Source of the DNA: Lama guanicoe
Lineage: Eukaryota
Assembly: GCA_013239625.1 (NCBI GenBank)
Contig: MU053629.1
Span: 4,491,567 to 4,555,566, forward strand
Direction of reading: 5' to 3'
DNA: 64,000 bases
In this document: in pieces, positions 42,626 to 55,470 of the stretch
Numbering within the stretch: the first letter of the stretch is position 1
Layout of the letters: each line of letters opens with the position of its first letter
Program-made: the position numbers and the translations under genes
Notes under the pieces: generated by a model
Told to the model about the DNA's origin: nothing
Database searches by the model: none
What the model saw: only the letters and a program-made list of their open reading frames with translations

Positions 42626-45600
42626 ACTTTTGCAAACACCTTTTCCTTTCTACGGTGTCTGGTTCTTTAAGATGAATCATTGCCCTCAAGGGGCAAAGCT
42701 TTTCATACACTGTTACATATTGCATACTCCATCTAGCCAATGGGAACTACAAACACATAATGCTTATGCCAGTTTTTTTTCCTATAACTAGGTTAAACTA
42801 CAGCTAAAGAATGGTTGTAACTTTTAGGTCTTACAGTTATGTATTAACAATTTAAATCAACTCTTTGAAAATGCAGATACCACACAAAGAAGGAAAGGGA
42901 GAAATCTTTAACATTGGAAAAAGAAGTAGAGGATTTTAGGATAGACGGTGGAAACAGTATAATATCATTGGCAAATCCAAATTGATGAGAATTCTAATTG
43001 CAATCTGAAATTTAAACCATTCAGCTGCCAGGATTTTGAATAGGAATGTGTTAAAGCCCTTGTGCCATTTACCTGTGTGAGAGGTGTGAGTGTCATGTTG
43101 AAATGTCTTACTACCTGAAGAATCCAATACCATACTACTTTTTTTTTTAATGTAGTAACAACTCTGGTTAATATAAATGCAGCAAGATGAATGAAATTAA
43201 GGCTTATTAAAAGTTAAAATGGCATGCTGATAAAGCTGTAAGAACAATTAAGATCTAGAAAGACCCAGAAAAATAAATATGTTGACTGTTTAAAAAAGCA
43301 ATTAGCTGAAATGGTATGTATCCATAGACTTATTGGCAATGGGAAGTGGGCTGAAATTTTAAAGACCTGATGGCAGTTTTGCGTTAGAATTTTATTAAGT
43401 TAATTGCATTTTTGAAAGCAAAGTCATTAAAAAAAATTTATCCTTGGGGGTAGTTACAAAATACCCAGACGAATGGTAAATTTCAGAAATTTGGAGTAAT
43501 TTAGGGAGAACTAAGTAGAACTATTTAATCTCTAAACCAATGGGTGTTTAAGATTTATGATCTCTCCCATAATTACAAACATGCATTATATATCATTTTA
43601 TGTTAATGTGTTGCTGATAATCTGCAACGTTTACACATTGTTGTAGCAAAATATTTTATAAAATTCAGTCTAACCAACATTTGGGTGCTTACTTCTGGCA
43701 AATCAGTAGGGAAAGTGAGTGGAAGTGATGGAGGTGAGAGCAACAGGATAATGAAGTATTACAAACCGGCTTCGTTAAAGGTAGTCATTTTAAATGAGTT
43801 CCAGAGAGTGAACTGTTCTTCAAATATATGTAGTGTTCACTTGTCTAAAAGCCATTCTAAATAACACTTTAATCAAAGAAGTACTTATGCCAATATATTT
43901 AGTCCAGAAGAATATACTTGACACTGGTTAAACGAATGGCTCGCACAAAGGAGATAGTGTGACGTTAAGCTTCATTAATAATAAAACCGACTATTTGCAT
44001 TTTGCAAGGAAGGCTAGAACTGATTCCTCTGTAATGGGCAAAGTTAAATAACTCTAGCTCATAAGTTTTAAGTCAAATACTGCTCATTCATTGCCGCTGG
44101 TCTTGTCAATACTGGCTGTAAAGGTTTGGTCCCAACACAAGGCTGATAAAATGGTTTTTAATTACCAGACTATAAATACAGCTTTTCAGTAGAGTTGCAC
44201 TTCTTTTCACACTGGCCTGTTTGATTTCTGATAATTTGTACTGCTGACTCTGCTTACCTGTTTTTCAATAGCTACAGCCAGAGTGACTTCTTGTCTATAT
44301 AGTGATAGGTAAGTCTCCTTGGAGAACATCTTTGACAAACTACCCTATTGATCTCCGTAATTCTCTGCTGCTTGCAGCATTAAATAGAGCCTTGATTTCT
44401 TGTCTGATGTGCTCACTGTGTAACAATTAAGCAAATGTAATATTTTCTTGTATTACATGAAAATCAATAGACCTCTTGCTCTCATGGAGTTGATCATGGT
44501 GAAGGATGAACTCAACGATGGCCAAGGGCATGGCTCAAATATTTTAAATTTCATTCCTTGGATTTATTAAGTCTTGTAGTGAACCGTTTCGTCTGAAAAA
44601 TGCTCCTCATTGAACAGTAATGGTTTAAGTTTTTTCTTTAAAGTTAGATATTGCATCAGAGTATCATGGCCTAAAACGGATAAAATATAAACGCGGGAAG
44701 TCAGGAGACTGATTCCATTTTCAGTAAGAGTGCTGTCTTACTTCTTGACCTCAGGCTAATAACTACTCCTTTGTGTCTTAGTTTTTTCCACCAGTAATCT
44801 GAGGAGGACAGAACAAGAAGCCTTCACCTTAAAATGTCTCATGAATCTGCTTGTGAGCAAATGTCAGTTTTCTATTTCAGAAAAGCTGGTTTTGTAATCC
44901 TCATTCTTGTGTTCCATATATATTTATGTTTAAGAGGCTTCATTAGTAAAAAGGATTTTTAAAACACGGTGGGAGGAAGAGAGGAGGAGACACTGTGATA
45001 GCAGTTCGTGGAAGTGTGTCTGGGCACATGCTGGTTATGCCGCAGGGTTGCAGGTGGGTCCTGCTTTTTTGGATATCAGGAGTTTCCTAAATTGGTGAAA
45101 CAAAGATAGCTTTTCTGCCTATATTTCCTGAGTGGGATTTTTTTTCTTTAAAATAATCCAGGCAAAACTATTTTCTAATGAAGATGTCTTTTTAGTATAA
45201 AATCTTGCATCTCTTCTGTTGTAATTTCTATACAAGTCAATTATCAAGTGTTGGAAGAAATTTCTAGTCAGAATTCTTAGTTAATGTGTAAGTTGTGAAC
45301 CACCATAAAGAAGTAGTAACAGAACTGGGAGCATGAACGAGGTTGCTAATTTAAAAAAAAAGCCCTGGTTTCTCAGTGCTGATGCCTTAATGTGCCAAAT
45401 TGTACAAAGAGTTTTAATATCTTTCATCACATGTATCTGGTCACTAGTATTTTGCAAATTGTTGACTTCAGTAAAAATGGAAACATTTTTAATCATTAAA
45501 AGCCATATGTATTTCTTTTAAAATGTACATTTTATTTTGTGTCATTTATAGTCACTCAAAACTATAATCACAGAACATCTGTAATTCTTCATGAAATATC

Positions 45601-46529
45601 TCTTAACTCTATTAAAGAATGAATGATGTTTGAATGAGTGGAGTTTCATTTCATTTAAAAGCTAGTGCAGATAACAGAAACCTTATCCTAAAGCTGGTGG
45701 ATCGGGTATCTGCTTTTTTTTCAGCACTTACCATTCAGACAGTAATGACGTTTGGGGGCATCTTAATCTAAACAGGTACTTAGCATTACATCTCACCTGG
45801 GTCAACAGTCTAGGGTATCAGAGTTAAACTGTGTTACTGTAAATTAATGGAAAATGTAACTGCACTTTGCTGAAAGATCAATGTCCAATAAAGGCTGCAC
45901 AATCAAATCTTGTTGCAATGATTGAGGTCTTTAATTGCCTTTCAAAGATAAGGTGGTAATCAACACAGCTGTAACTGATCTTTTTTACTAGTTCAATTAC
46001 ATGCTAATGACTAGTGCCAAGTCAGAATCTTTAACTACTTATACTTATTAAATCTTATGTTGGTAATGAAAAATTACTTGAGCTACACAATCAATTGGAC
46101 ACAAATCCTAATTACTGTATTTCACTTTTATACCATTTTATGTGCTTTACAAATGTTTCACACGAGCTTTCCCAACAATAAGAAGTGTTAGTAGTAGTGA
46201 CCACAGTCCACAGAGTATTTTTCTAATATAAATTGGGGATAAGATGTTGAGGAAAAAATGTTTTTCTTTAAATGATTATGTGGATAAAATAGTTTCCACT
46301 GACACAAATCTTGGCCATCCAGCAACTTCTCAGAACTCTATTCTGCTAATTGAGAGTATATTTAATACAACTGGAATGAAATAAATCTAGATTGTCTTTA
46401 GTAAGTATATTTCTGAAAGTTCAGTTAGCTTTCTAGTAAAGAAGCTGCTTTTATATACAGCCTACTATAAAAATCCCTTATTTGGGGAAAGGATAAAAGA
46501 AAAGGCAAATGACCCTGCAAAAAGAAATC

Positions 46530-47710
46530 ATTTAAATTATCATCAGTAAAATTAAAAATTTTTGTGTTTCAAAGGACACTGTCAAGAAAATGAAAAGATA
46601 ACTGACAGAATAAGAGAAAGTATTTGCAAATCATATATCTGAAAAGGAACATGTAGCCAGACTATATAAAGAACTCTTATAACTCAATAATCCAATTGAA
46701 AAACAGATTTGGACAGACATTTCTCCAAAGAACTTACACAAATAGCCACTGAGAACATGTAAGATGTGTAACACTATCACAGAAGTGCAAATCAAAACCA
46801 CAGTGAGATAATACTTCATACCCACTAGGATGGCAATCATCAAAAGGACAGATAATAACAAGTGTTGACAAGAAATACGGAGAAATTGGGACCCTCAGGC
46901 ATTGCTAGTGGGGCAATGTTAAATAGTGCCACCACTCGGAAAAGTTTGGTGGTTCCTCAAAATATTAAATAAGGAATTACCACATGACCCAGCAATTCTA
47001 TTCCTAGGTATATACCCTAGAGAACTGAAAATATGTTCACACAAAAACTTGTATACAAATATCCATAATATTACTTGTTCTAGCCAAAAATTGGAAATAA
47101 CTTTTATATCAATTGATAATAAAAATAAAATGGGCATATTCACACAAGAGAATATTATTCAGCCCAAAAAGGAAAGAAGTACTGGTCCATGCTACAGCAT
47201 TGATGAAGCTTGAAAACATTATGCCAAGTGAAAGAAGCCCATCATAAAAGACCACATATTCTATGATTCCATTTATATGAATGTCCAGAATAGGCAAATC
47301 TATAGAGATAGAAAGTGGATTAGTGATTGCCTAGGGCTAGGGAGGTTGGGAGGAAATGAGAAATGACTGTTACTGGGCATGGGGTTTCTTTTTGGGGTGA
47401 TGAAATGGTTCTAAAATCGATTGCAGTGATGATTGCACAACTCTGACTATACTCAAAACAGAAGAACTGTATGATATGTAAATTATCTTTTAATAAAGCT
47501 GCTAAAAAATTAGTAAAGGGGGAGGGGAAATGGGCAGCTAGTATCTAATAGGTATAGAGTTTCAATTTTGCAAGATACAAAGAATTCTGGAGATGGATGG
47601 TATTGATAGTTACACAGTAATGTGAATTACTTAACATGAACTGTACACTTAAAAATGGTTAACATGGTAAATTGTATGTGATGTGTATTTTACCGTATAT
47701 AAAAATAATT
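46530..47710 (+). mobile_element. Old L1 3' portion (L1MB/L1MC-like) followed by a second short L1 3' end (~47515-47710)
   Basis: Peptide WFLKILNKELPHDPAILFLGIYPRELK; two successive 3' UTR termini. Confidence 0.8.
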
Positions 47711-50084
47711 TATAAAAATTAGTGAAGGATTCAATATTACTATGATAAAACACAACTGATTGCATGATTTCTATAGAAAATAACTAAGTTTAGAAAAACG
47801 CTAGAAATTAAAAGAGGTGAAATGTTAATTTAACACTTTGTATGTTGTATTCTTGGAATTTTAAACATTTTAATATGAATCCTAGTTTTAATCAAGGAGA
47901 TGAAATCTCATTTGGGATCATTTTTGGTAGCACTAAGTAAAGGATATACTTGGTTTGAGATTATTTAAGATAAGACCAAAGGAAAGTACGTAAAATGTTA
48001 GGAAATGAAAATATCCTTTTTTAGATCCTAGTTGCTGGATACAGAGTATCAGCTACTACTAGAATGAGATTGTATATAGTATTGCTTATAGCTATTTTCT
48101 TTGCACTTATATCATTTTAAATACAGTTTATGAACATTGTACCACTCCATTATATTATTAATTTATCTTCAGTGATATTTATAGTATCAATTTAAAAGCT
48201 GTAAAACTTCATGAAAAGTAGCTTAAACAAGGATTTTGATAAACAAAAGCTTTCAGTTTTTAAAAGCAAATCATGTACTTCCTAAAGACAACCTGAAGTT
48301 TTTTTACATTGTTGCTGCTGATGATAGAATTACGAACCTTATAAACGCAGTATTTTTTAGTTAACCTAAATACATAAATCTATTTGAGTTCATCTTATGA
48401 AAAGAGATATGTCATTAGATATATGATCATTATATGCTTTAGTGATTCATGGACCTTGTTACATACATGCTTTGTAATGTATGAATTATTTAGTAAGAAA
48501 AATCACAATAATTTTGTTGTTACTCAAAAATTTATGGGTTGGCAGAAACAATTATGCAGCCCCTGAAGCTGGTATGTTAAGGTAACATTAACACTATGTA
48601 GTATGATTTTTTTTTTTTAGTAGTTATTTGACATAACCTTTACTGCTTCTGCTAGAATGTATCAGTGATTTTATAACAATCTTTTCTAACAAACAGAACA
48701 TTGAATTTATTAACCACAAGTGATTCATTTTACTCTATTTTCATATAAATGCATAATTTAAAATCAGATCTAAAAAGTTGTCTACCTAAACTCTAAAGGA
48801 AGAATTAAAATATACAAAATAAAAATCAATACTATAATAAATAGATACAAATTTAAAATTCCATTTAACAAAATGGATATTTTTATTTCAAAAAATGTAT
48901 ACGTTTATGAATTGGATGAAAAGAATTCAAAAAGGTAGATTATCTTGCAATATTTCTTTACACATGGTGTTAAGGCTCTGACTATGAGATAAAGCCAAAA
49001 TTTTAGTTTCTTATGCTTTCAAACCTCTGAATTTTATAAAATGAAGGAACCACGAATTTCCAAGTGTGAATAAAAATCTAAACAGTAGGACTTACTTTTA
49101 ATTTAAAAATCAACATTCATTCAATCCTACAAATCTTTTTGCATTGACCATGCTGAAGACAAATTTTAGTAATTTTACCTGTCAACAAAATCTAGTAATT
49201 CTGAACCTACATACAGGGTCCCTTCAAGCCATATTGAAAAATACCACTTCTGTACACAGCAGAATGAGAACCGCGTGTTACTGATTTTTGTGTTTCTGGT
49301 ATTCGTCATACAATGAAGGCTCTATGTCAAATGAACATGTGATAATTCAAAATTAAAAAGGAAACTTGCCTTCATCTTAAAGAGCTTTAAGAAAAGGATA
49401 CTTTAATTGGAAATCATATGGATTCCTTATAAAACAGCAACAAGTGTGGAAATATTATCTCAGATGTAATAAACGCATTTACACTGTTCTATGCATTCTG
49501 CAAAATAAAAGATTAGAATTTTGTTACATTAGCCTTTTAAGGCATTTCAAAAGGTGCCAACTCTTATCTCACGCAGGAATTTGCTATTTTAAAGTCAAAT
49601 AGAACGATGTGTAGAAGTACATGAAGTGAAATATTAAACACAAAATACTAGGATCAATTGGACATGCTCTCTTTAAACAGAACTAGAAATAGTACATTAG
49701 TAACAAGGAGACAAGAAAAATGTTTTAATTGAATTGGCAAAGAATGGGATGGCTTATCTCTTGAGGCAGTGAGTCCTGTTACTGGAGATGTCCAGAGGCT
49801 GAATGACAATTCCTCAGGTAAATGTGGAGAGAATGCTTGAATTGGGCAGAGGATTAGGTTGGTGATTTTGTAAGTTTCCTTTAACTCTGAAATTTTATTA
49901 CCATTCTTGCATACCTATGTGCGATTTAGTTCGGAGTTTACTGCTGTTCCATTATGTATGTGATACAAAGAACCTTGTTTTGAAGATGAAAAATACGGTT
50001 TAAGTTCTTGCTGTACCAATACTGATTGAATGAGAAAAATTAGAGCTTTCTTAGCGTCTCGTATACAATAAGGAGTTTATCTAA

Positions 50085-50310
50085 CACTTGCAAAGTGTAC
50101 CTTGTGCCAGGTCCTAGACTAAGCACTTTACACATTCTAACTTACTTAATCCTCTCATAACAACTCTGTGAGTTAGGCACTGTTTTTCTTCCCATTTTTT
50201 GGCTGTGGAAACCAAGAAGTCTTGCCCAGGGTCATGCATGGTGAGTGTTATTCCAGTCCCTGCAGTCTGTCTCCAGAGTCCATGTTCTGAATCATTACTC
50301 TGTCCTTTGC
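50085..50310 (-). mobile_element. MIR SINE
   Basis: gtgccagg...ctaagcactttaca...ttaatcctctcataacaactctgtgag...cttgcccagggtca. Confidence 0.7.
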
Positions 50311-50836
50311 TATGATGCACAGGATAACGTAGGGAGAAGTGTTTTGCGAGCTGTAAAGTGCCACAAAAACGTGGGATATATATTTTGTTAGTTATTATAA
50401 AGAAAATAATATAGATACGTTTGCACAATGAAAAGAGGGAAATAAGCTTAAGTAATCTGTAGGAACTCTACCTAAAGGAAAATGTGTTAGGTAGAAATCA
50501 AACCTAGTGCCCTTAGAAATTAATGCATTAATTCATTTCAGAGCATCTAAAGTCCATAGTACCTGGTACACAGTACGTGCTCCATGAGTATCTGTTGAAC
50601 TGTTGTTTCTGCTGCTGCCTGGGTGCTGGACCTGCTCCCACTGTCCTTTTCCATTCCCACCACAACAGAAAAGAGCAGAGTTCCCTGTCACACTTTCAAG
50701 GGTTTGTCCCTGATCACTTCTGTCCATGCTTCTTCACCGTCTCCTTTTTTAAACTAATGGATATTAAGCAACATGAGGAAAATGCTTAAGTTTATTGTTT
50801 AGTCATTATTGCTACTGGAAATTATATCTTTTTAGA

Positions 50837-51213
50837 ATTCCTGGTCCCCGTCCCTAGCTTACTTTTCTCCTGGCACTCATCACCATATGCTGTGCCACAC
50901 GTCTCACTTATGTGTTTATCTCCCCACTAAACTATAACTTCATGACGGGAGGGAACTGTATGTGTTTTATTCATCGCCACATCCCTCATACCTAAAATAG
51001 TACCTGGCACACAGTAGGCACTTTAGTAATGTTGATTGAATGAGTGGATTCTGAAGGCAAAGTGCATTGAGTAATGGGAATGCAATTACCATGAGCATTT
51101 CCTGTCCTGAGTCTCAATTGCACCTTTGCCTTTCCTCCACCACCACCACCAACACCATCACCACCGTGCAGACTGAGACAACAACCATTATAGACTTCCA
51201 CTGAACCGCAGAC
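50837..51213 (+). repeat. Left arm of long inverted repeat (L2 3' end + unique flank)
   Basis: Reverse complement of 51961-52336 (e.g. attcctggtccccgtccctagcttacttttctcctggcactcatcac). Confidence 0.95.
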
Positions 51214-51254
51214 ATTATTGTAAACGTGTCGAAATGCAAGGCAGTTTTAAAAAG

Positions 51255-51840
51255 CTTTTAATTTTGCAATAATTTTAGTTTTACAGAAAAGTTGCAGTAC
51301 AGTACAGAGAGTTCCCAAGTACCCTCACCCAGATTCCCCTAACATTAGCATCTTACATAATCAGTGTACACATATCGAAACTAGGAAGTCAACACTGGTA
51401 CCTTATTACTAATAAAACTCCAGACTTTATTTGGATTTCACCAGTTTTTCATCACTGTCCTTTTTCTGTTTCAGGATTTCATTGGCGATCCATTACATTT
51501 AATCATCAGGTCTCTTGTGTCTTTTGTAGTCTCCTCAGGTCTGTGACAGTTTCTTTTTTTTTTTTAATGATCTTGACAGTTTTGAAGAGTACTTGTGAGG
51601 TATCTTGGAGAATATCCCTCAATTTGGGTTTGTCTGACATTTTCTCCTAATTAGTTTGGGGTTATGAGTTTTGGGAAGAAGACCAGAGGTTAAGTGCCAT
51701 TCCTACTGCATCATATCAGAGAGCACGCAACAACAAATTGACTTATCACTGGTGATGTTAACCTTCATCACTTGGTTAGGATGGTGTCTGCCAGGCGTCT
51801 CCATTAGAAAGTTACTGTTTTCTTCCTCTATTCTCATCAT
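51255..51840 (-). mobile_element. Old L1 (L1MC-type) 3' end in the inverted-repeat spacer
   Basis: tacagaaaagttgcagtacagtacagagagttccc...tttgggtttgtctgac; reverse homolog of 7700-8310. Confidence 0.75.
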
Positions 51841-51960
51841 ATTCTTTTAAATCAAAATTAACCAACAAGTATTTGAATGTTAGATGTGAAGACTCACAAA
51901 GGCACTGAAAGAGACAAGTGGAATTCTTGAACATACGAGGCAATCAATATTTGTTACAAA

Positions 51961-52336
51961 GTTTGCAGTTCAGTAAGAGTCTATAATGGATATTGTCTCA
52001 GTTTGGATGGTGGTGATGGTGGTGGTGGAGGAAAGGCAAAGGTACAAATGAGACTCAGGACAGGCAGGAGATGCTCATGGTAATTGCATTTCCATTACTC
52101 AATGCACTTTGCCTTCAAAATCCACTCATTCATTCAATCAACATTACTAAAGTGCCTACTGTGTCCCAGGTACTATTTTAGGTATGAGGGATGTGGCGAT
52201 GAATAAAACACATACAGTTCCCTCCCATCATGAAGTTACAGTTCAGTGGGGAGACAAACACATGAGTGACACGTGTGGCACAACATATAGTGATGAGTGC
52301 CAGGAGAAAAGTAAGCTAGGGACGGGGACCAGGAAT
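51961..52336 (-). repeat. Right arm of long inverted repeat
   Basis: Ends ...gtgccaggagaaaagtaagctagggacggggaccaggaat. Confidence 0.95.
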
Positions 52337-52870
52337 CGTGCACACCTGCGTGCTTGCACCTGTGGGCAGGGTGGCTTTGGGGATGCTTCTCAGTAGTGTG
52401 CTAAGGGAAGGCCTCAACAAGAAGGTGATTTTTAAGTCAATATCTGCAGAATGTGAGGGAATGAGCCGTGTGGATAGCAAGGGTAAGAGGATTCCAGGCA
52501 ATGGAAATGGCAAATGCAAAGGCTCTGAGGTGGGATGCTGAAATGTTCAAGGAACAGTAAGAAGGAGGCTGGTGTGAATGAGGTTTGAGAGATCATAAGG
52601 CCAGATGGCAAGGAGGGCAGAATGTATGGAGTTTTGTAGGTCAAGGAAAAGACTTTAGTTTTTATCCTGCACAAGTTAGGAAGCCATCAGCAGGGTTTTA
52701 ACCACAGGAGTGACTTAATCTAACGCTGGCAGTTGGGTTGACTGTTGGTAGCAGGGGCAAGAATGGAAACAGAAGTCTGAGAGAGAAATATAAATATAAT
52801 GATAGTTTGGACTGGGATCGTTACCTGTGAAGTGGTGGGAAGGGATCACATTCTGGGTTAAGGACTCAAG
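52125..52870 (-). mobile_element. L2 element (3' end inside the right arm, body continuing beyond it)
   Basis: cattcattcaatcaacatt...gtgcctactgtgtcccagg; ggcaaatgcaaaggctctgaggtggga; ggaagccatcagcagggtttt. Confidence 0.8.
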
Positions 52871-52964
52871 GTTGGGAGTAAGGTAAAACGAGATGAATTC
52901 TCTGAAGGTGTAACACTAAAATGTTAATTTGTCTCATTAAAAAAATCACTTTACAACAAAAAAG

Positions 52965-53325
52965 ATATATCACCCAACTAAAAATGGGCAAAGGACTTGA
53001 ACAGACAATTCTTCAAAGAAGATAAACAAATGGCCAACAGACATAGGAAAAGATGGTGAACATCACTGATCACTAGGGAAATGCAAATCAAAACCACAAT
53101 CAGGTATCACCTCACTCCCACTAGGATGGCTTCTAACAAAAATACAGAGAATAACAATTGTTGGTGAAGATGTGGAGAAACTGGAATCCTTGGGCTATTG
53201 GTGGGAATGCAAAATAGTGTGGCCATCGTGGAAAATGGCAGCTCCTCAAACAGGTGAAAAACAGAATTATTATATGATTCAGCAATTCTACTTGTGGGTA
53301 TATGTCCAAAAGAATTGAAAGTACA
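52965..53325 (+). mobile_element. L1 ORF2 C-terminal fragment
   Basis: aaaaatgggcaaaggacttgaacagaca...gaaatgcaaatcaaaaccaca. Confidence 0.8.
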
Positions 53326-54479
53326 AATTGAGTTGGTTTTCCCCATAGTACTATGAATAAAAAAGCCATTTTAACAAATCAGGCTTCATGGAAAATCTCT
53401 AGTTTTGTGGTCTATTTTCTCAAATAATAGGAAATGAACTTGCAATAAAAAGTGCACGGGGACCTTGAGCAGATGGTTTATTTTTCACAGGACTGAAGTG
53501 CAGGTGGAAAGGGGCAATTCCTACACTATGTGGAGTATCTGACTAAATGAATTCCTACCTAAGCCATTAATTTATAATAACTGAAAAGAGATAATTTGTC
53601 TTCTACAATGGACTTTCAAATTAAATATAAAACGAAAGCAGGCAGAAACAATATGCAGAAAAAAATTGGTATTATACCCAAACTGACCAATATTTAAATT
53701 ATTTTTTCTCATATTAATCAACTATTTGACTATCAGAGAGAAAAATGACATTCATCCCGCAGCGAATTTATACAAAATTCAGTCCCCCGAAGTAAAGCGG
53801 TGTGTGCAATTTTCTTAGAAAGAGATAAAGGACGAACCCACGCGTTGCAATTTGTAAACAAACTTCTACATCATAGATCAACAAAATTATGCATTTAAAA
53901 ATCTGAGGTTAACAAGTCACTTAAAAATAACCAAGGGTTATTGCTACTGCCTGTGACATCACTGATTAGGTAAAATGGCTATCTAGTTGACAACTTACGG
54001 ACTAGAGCGGATATTTTTTGCAACGGTTTAATAAGAAAAGACGATGCCACTACTGCAGCTGTCCCCAGGCAGTTAAACTCCACTGGACTTATGTACTGTT
54101 GCTTTTAAATAGGGGGCTGTTTACTATTTTAGGGCAACGGTGGGATGAAGGACCTTACTGAAAAAAATCCACACTCGCTTTGCTCGTTGGGGAGAAAGAT
54201 GATGATCTCTGGATCTGTGACTTGGAATAAGGAAAAGAAAAAGGCACCCGCGCTCTTGATGATTTGATGCACAAACCCCCACGAACATTTAGGTGCAGGG
54301 CCAGACTAGCAGGGATAAAGGAGAGCTGCCGTTCCATCCTCTCAGCCTTCTGTAAAGGCAAACCTTACGCATCTGAAGCCACCAATCGGCTTTTGGAGGA
54401 TCCCTGCCCTCGTTCCGTTTCCTCCTTCGTTTGTCAGATGTTTCCACCTCGCTGACTTTAATGAGGGTCGGGAAAGGAA

Positions 54480-55300
54480 AGGGTCGTCACTCGGTGGCCG
54501 CGGGCGGTCACTTGGCGACGGCGGTCTCGGGAACGAGCAGCCCGGCCGGTCCCCTCCCTCAGGCTCCGGCGCGGCGCCCTCGCGCTGCGGGCCCCGCCCT
54601 CCCAGGGGCGGGGCGGGGGCGGACATGGCCGGGCGCTGCCCTCTTCCAACATGGCGCCGCGGGAGGCGGGTCCCCTCGCCGGCTCCCGGGGTTCCGGCGC
54701 TGCGCGTTTTGGTTCCGGAGTAACAGTGTCCGCGCCGTCGCCTTCCCCCTCCTGCCGCCGCCGCCGCCGCCGGGACGCACGGCCTCGGGTGCCCACGGCT
54801 GAACCGCGCGCGCCGCGCACTCTGGCTCAGGGTTGAGGCCAAGGACCCCCTCCCGACCCTCCTGCTGAGGGCGCCCCTCGGCTTTCCCGCGGCCCCAGGG
54901 CTCCTGCCGAACAGCCCCAGACTCAGTCCCCTCAAGTCGGGGACCCCCCCGCTCCTTCTAAGGAGGAGTGGACACCTGCCGCTGTCTCCCCCAAACGGGG
55001 AGTCTTCTCTGTGCCATCTCCTCACGCCCACACAGACGGCGGATTGCTGCACGATCCGGTTTGCCCTGTTCCTAACTCCAGAACCTTCTGACCTCTGCTA
55101 GTTCCTACTGGCTCCTGCCCCTCGCCCCGTCCACGCTCCCGGGGAGACATCCCTCCGCCCCACACAGCCTGGGCCTGGCTGGGGGCCTGCGGGCCGCTTC
55201 CGGACCACCTCCTCTCTTCGCTGCCCCTCCCTCTCTGTCTTCGGACCCTCGGTCCCCTTGTCACCTCTTGGAGCCCCCGCCTAACCAGGGGCCAGTGGGT
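54480..55300. promoter_or_regulatory. MAP2K5: CpG island / MAP2K5 promoter and 5' UTR
   Basis: High CpG density; CCAAT ~54382; tandem GC boxes 54605-54622; YY1-like CAACATGGCG ~54647-54656; (GCC)n ~54754-54771. Confidence 0.9.
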
Positions 55301-55335
55301 ACCCCCTACCAGGATGTGAGCCCCTTTAACCTGTA

Positions 55336-55470
55336 ATGCTGTGGCTGGTCCTTGGTCCCTTCCATGCCATGGAGAACCAGGTGCTGGTGATTCGCATCAA
55401 GATTCCAAATAGTGGAGCGGTGGACTGGACAGTGCACTCCGGGCCGCAGCTACTCTTCAGGGACGTGCTG
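55336..55470 (+). CDS. MAP2K5: MAP2K5 (MEK5) coding exon 1, start of PB1 domain: MLWLVLGPFHAMENQVLVIRIKIPNSGAVDWTVHSGPQLLFRDVL
   Basis: Recognisable MEK5 N-terminus; 135 nt; CTG/gtgagt donor. Confidence 0.96.

Noticed and set aside
54342..55052. 236-aa minus-strand ORF in the MAP2K5 CpG island
   Set aside because: Arg/Gly/Pro/Ala-rich product typical of CpG-island ORFs; GTG start; no recognisable domain.
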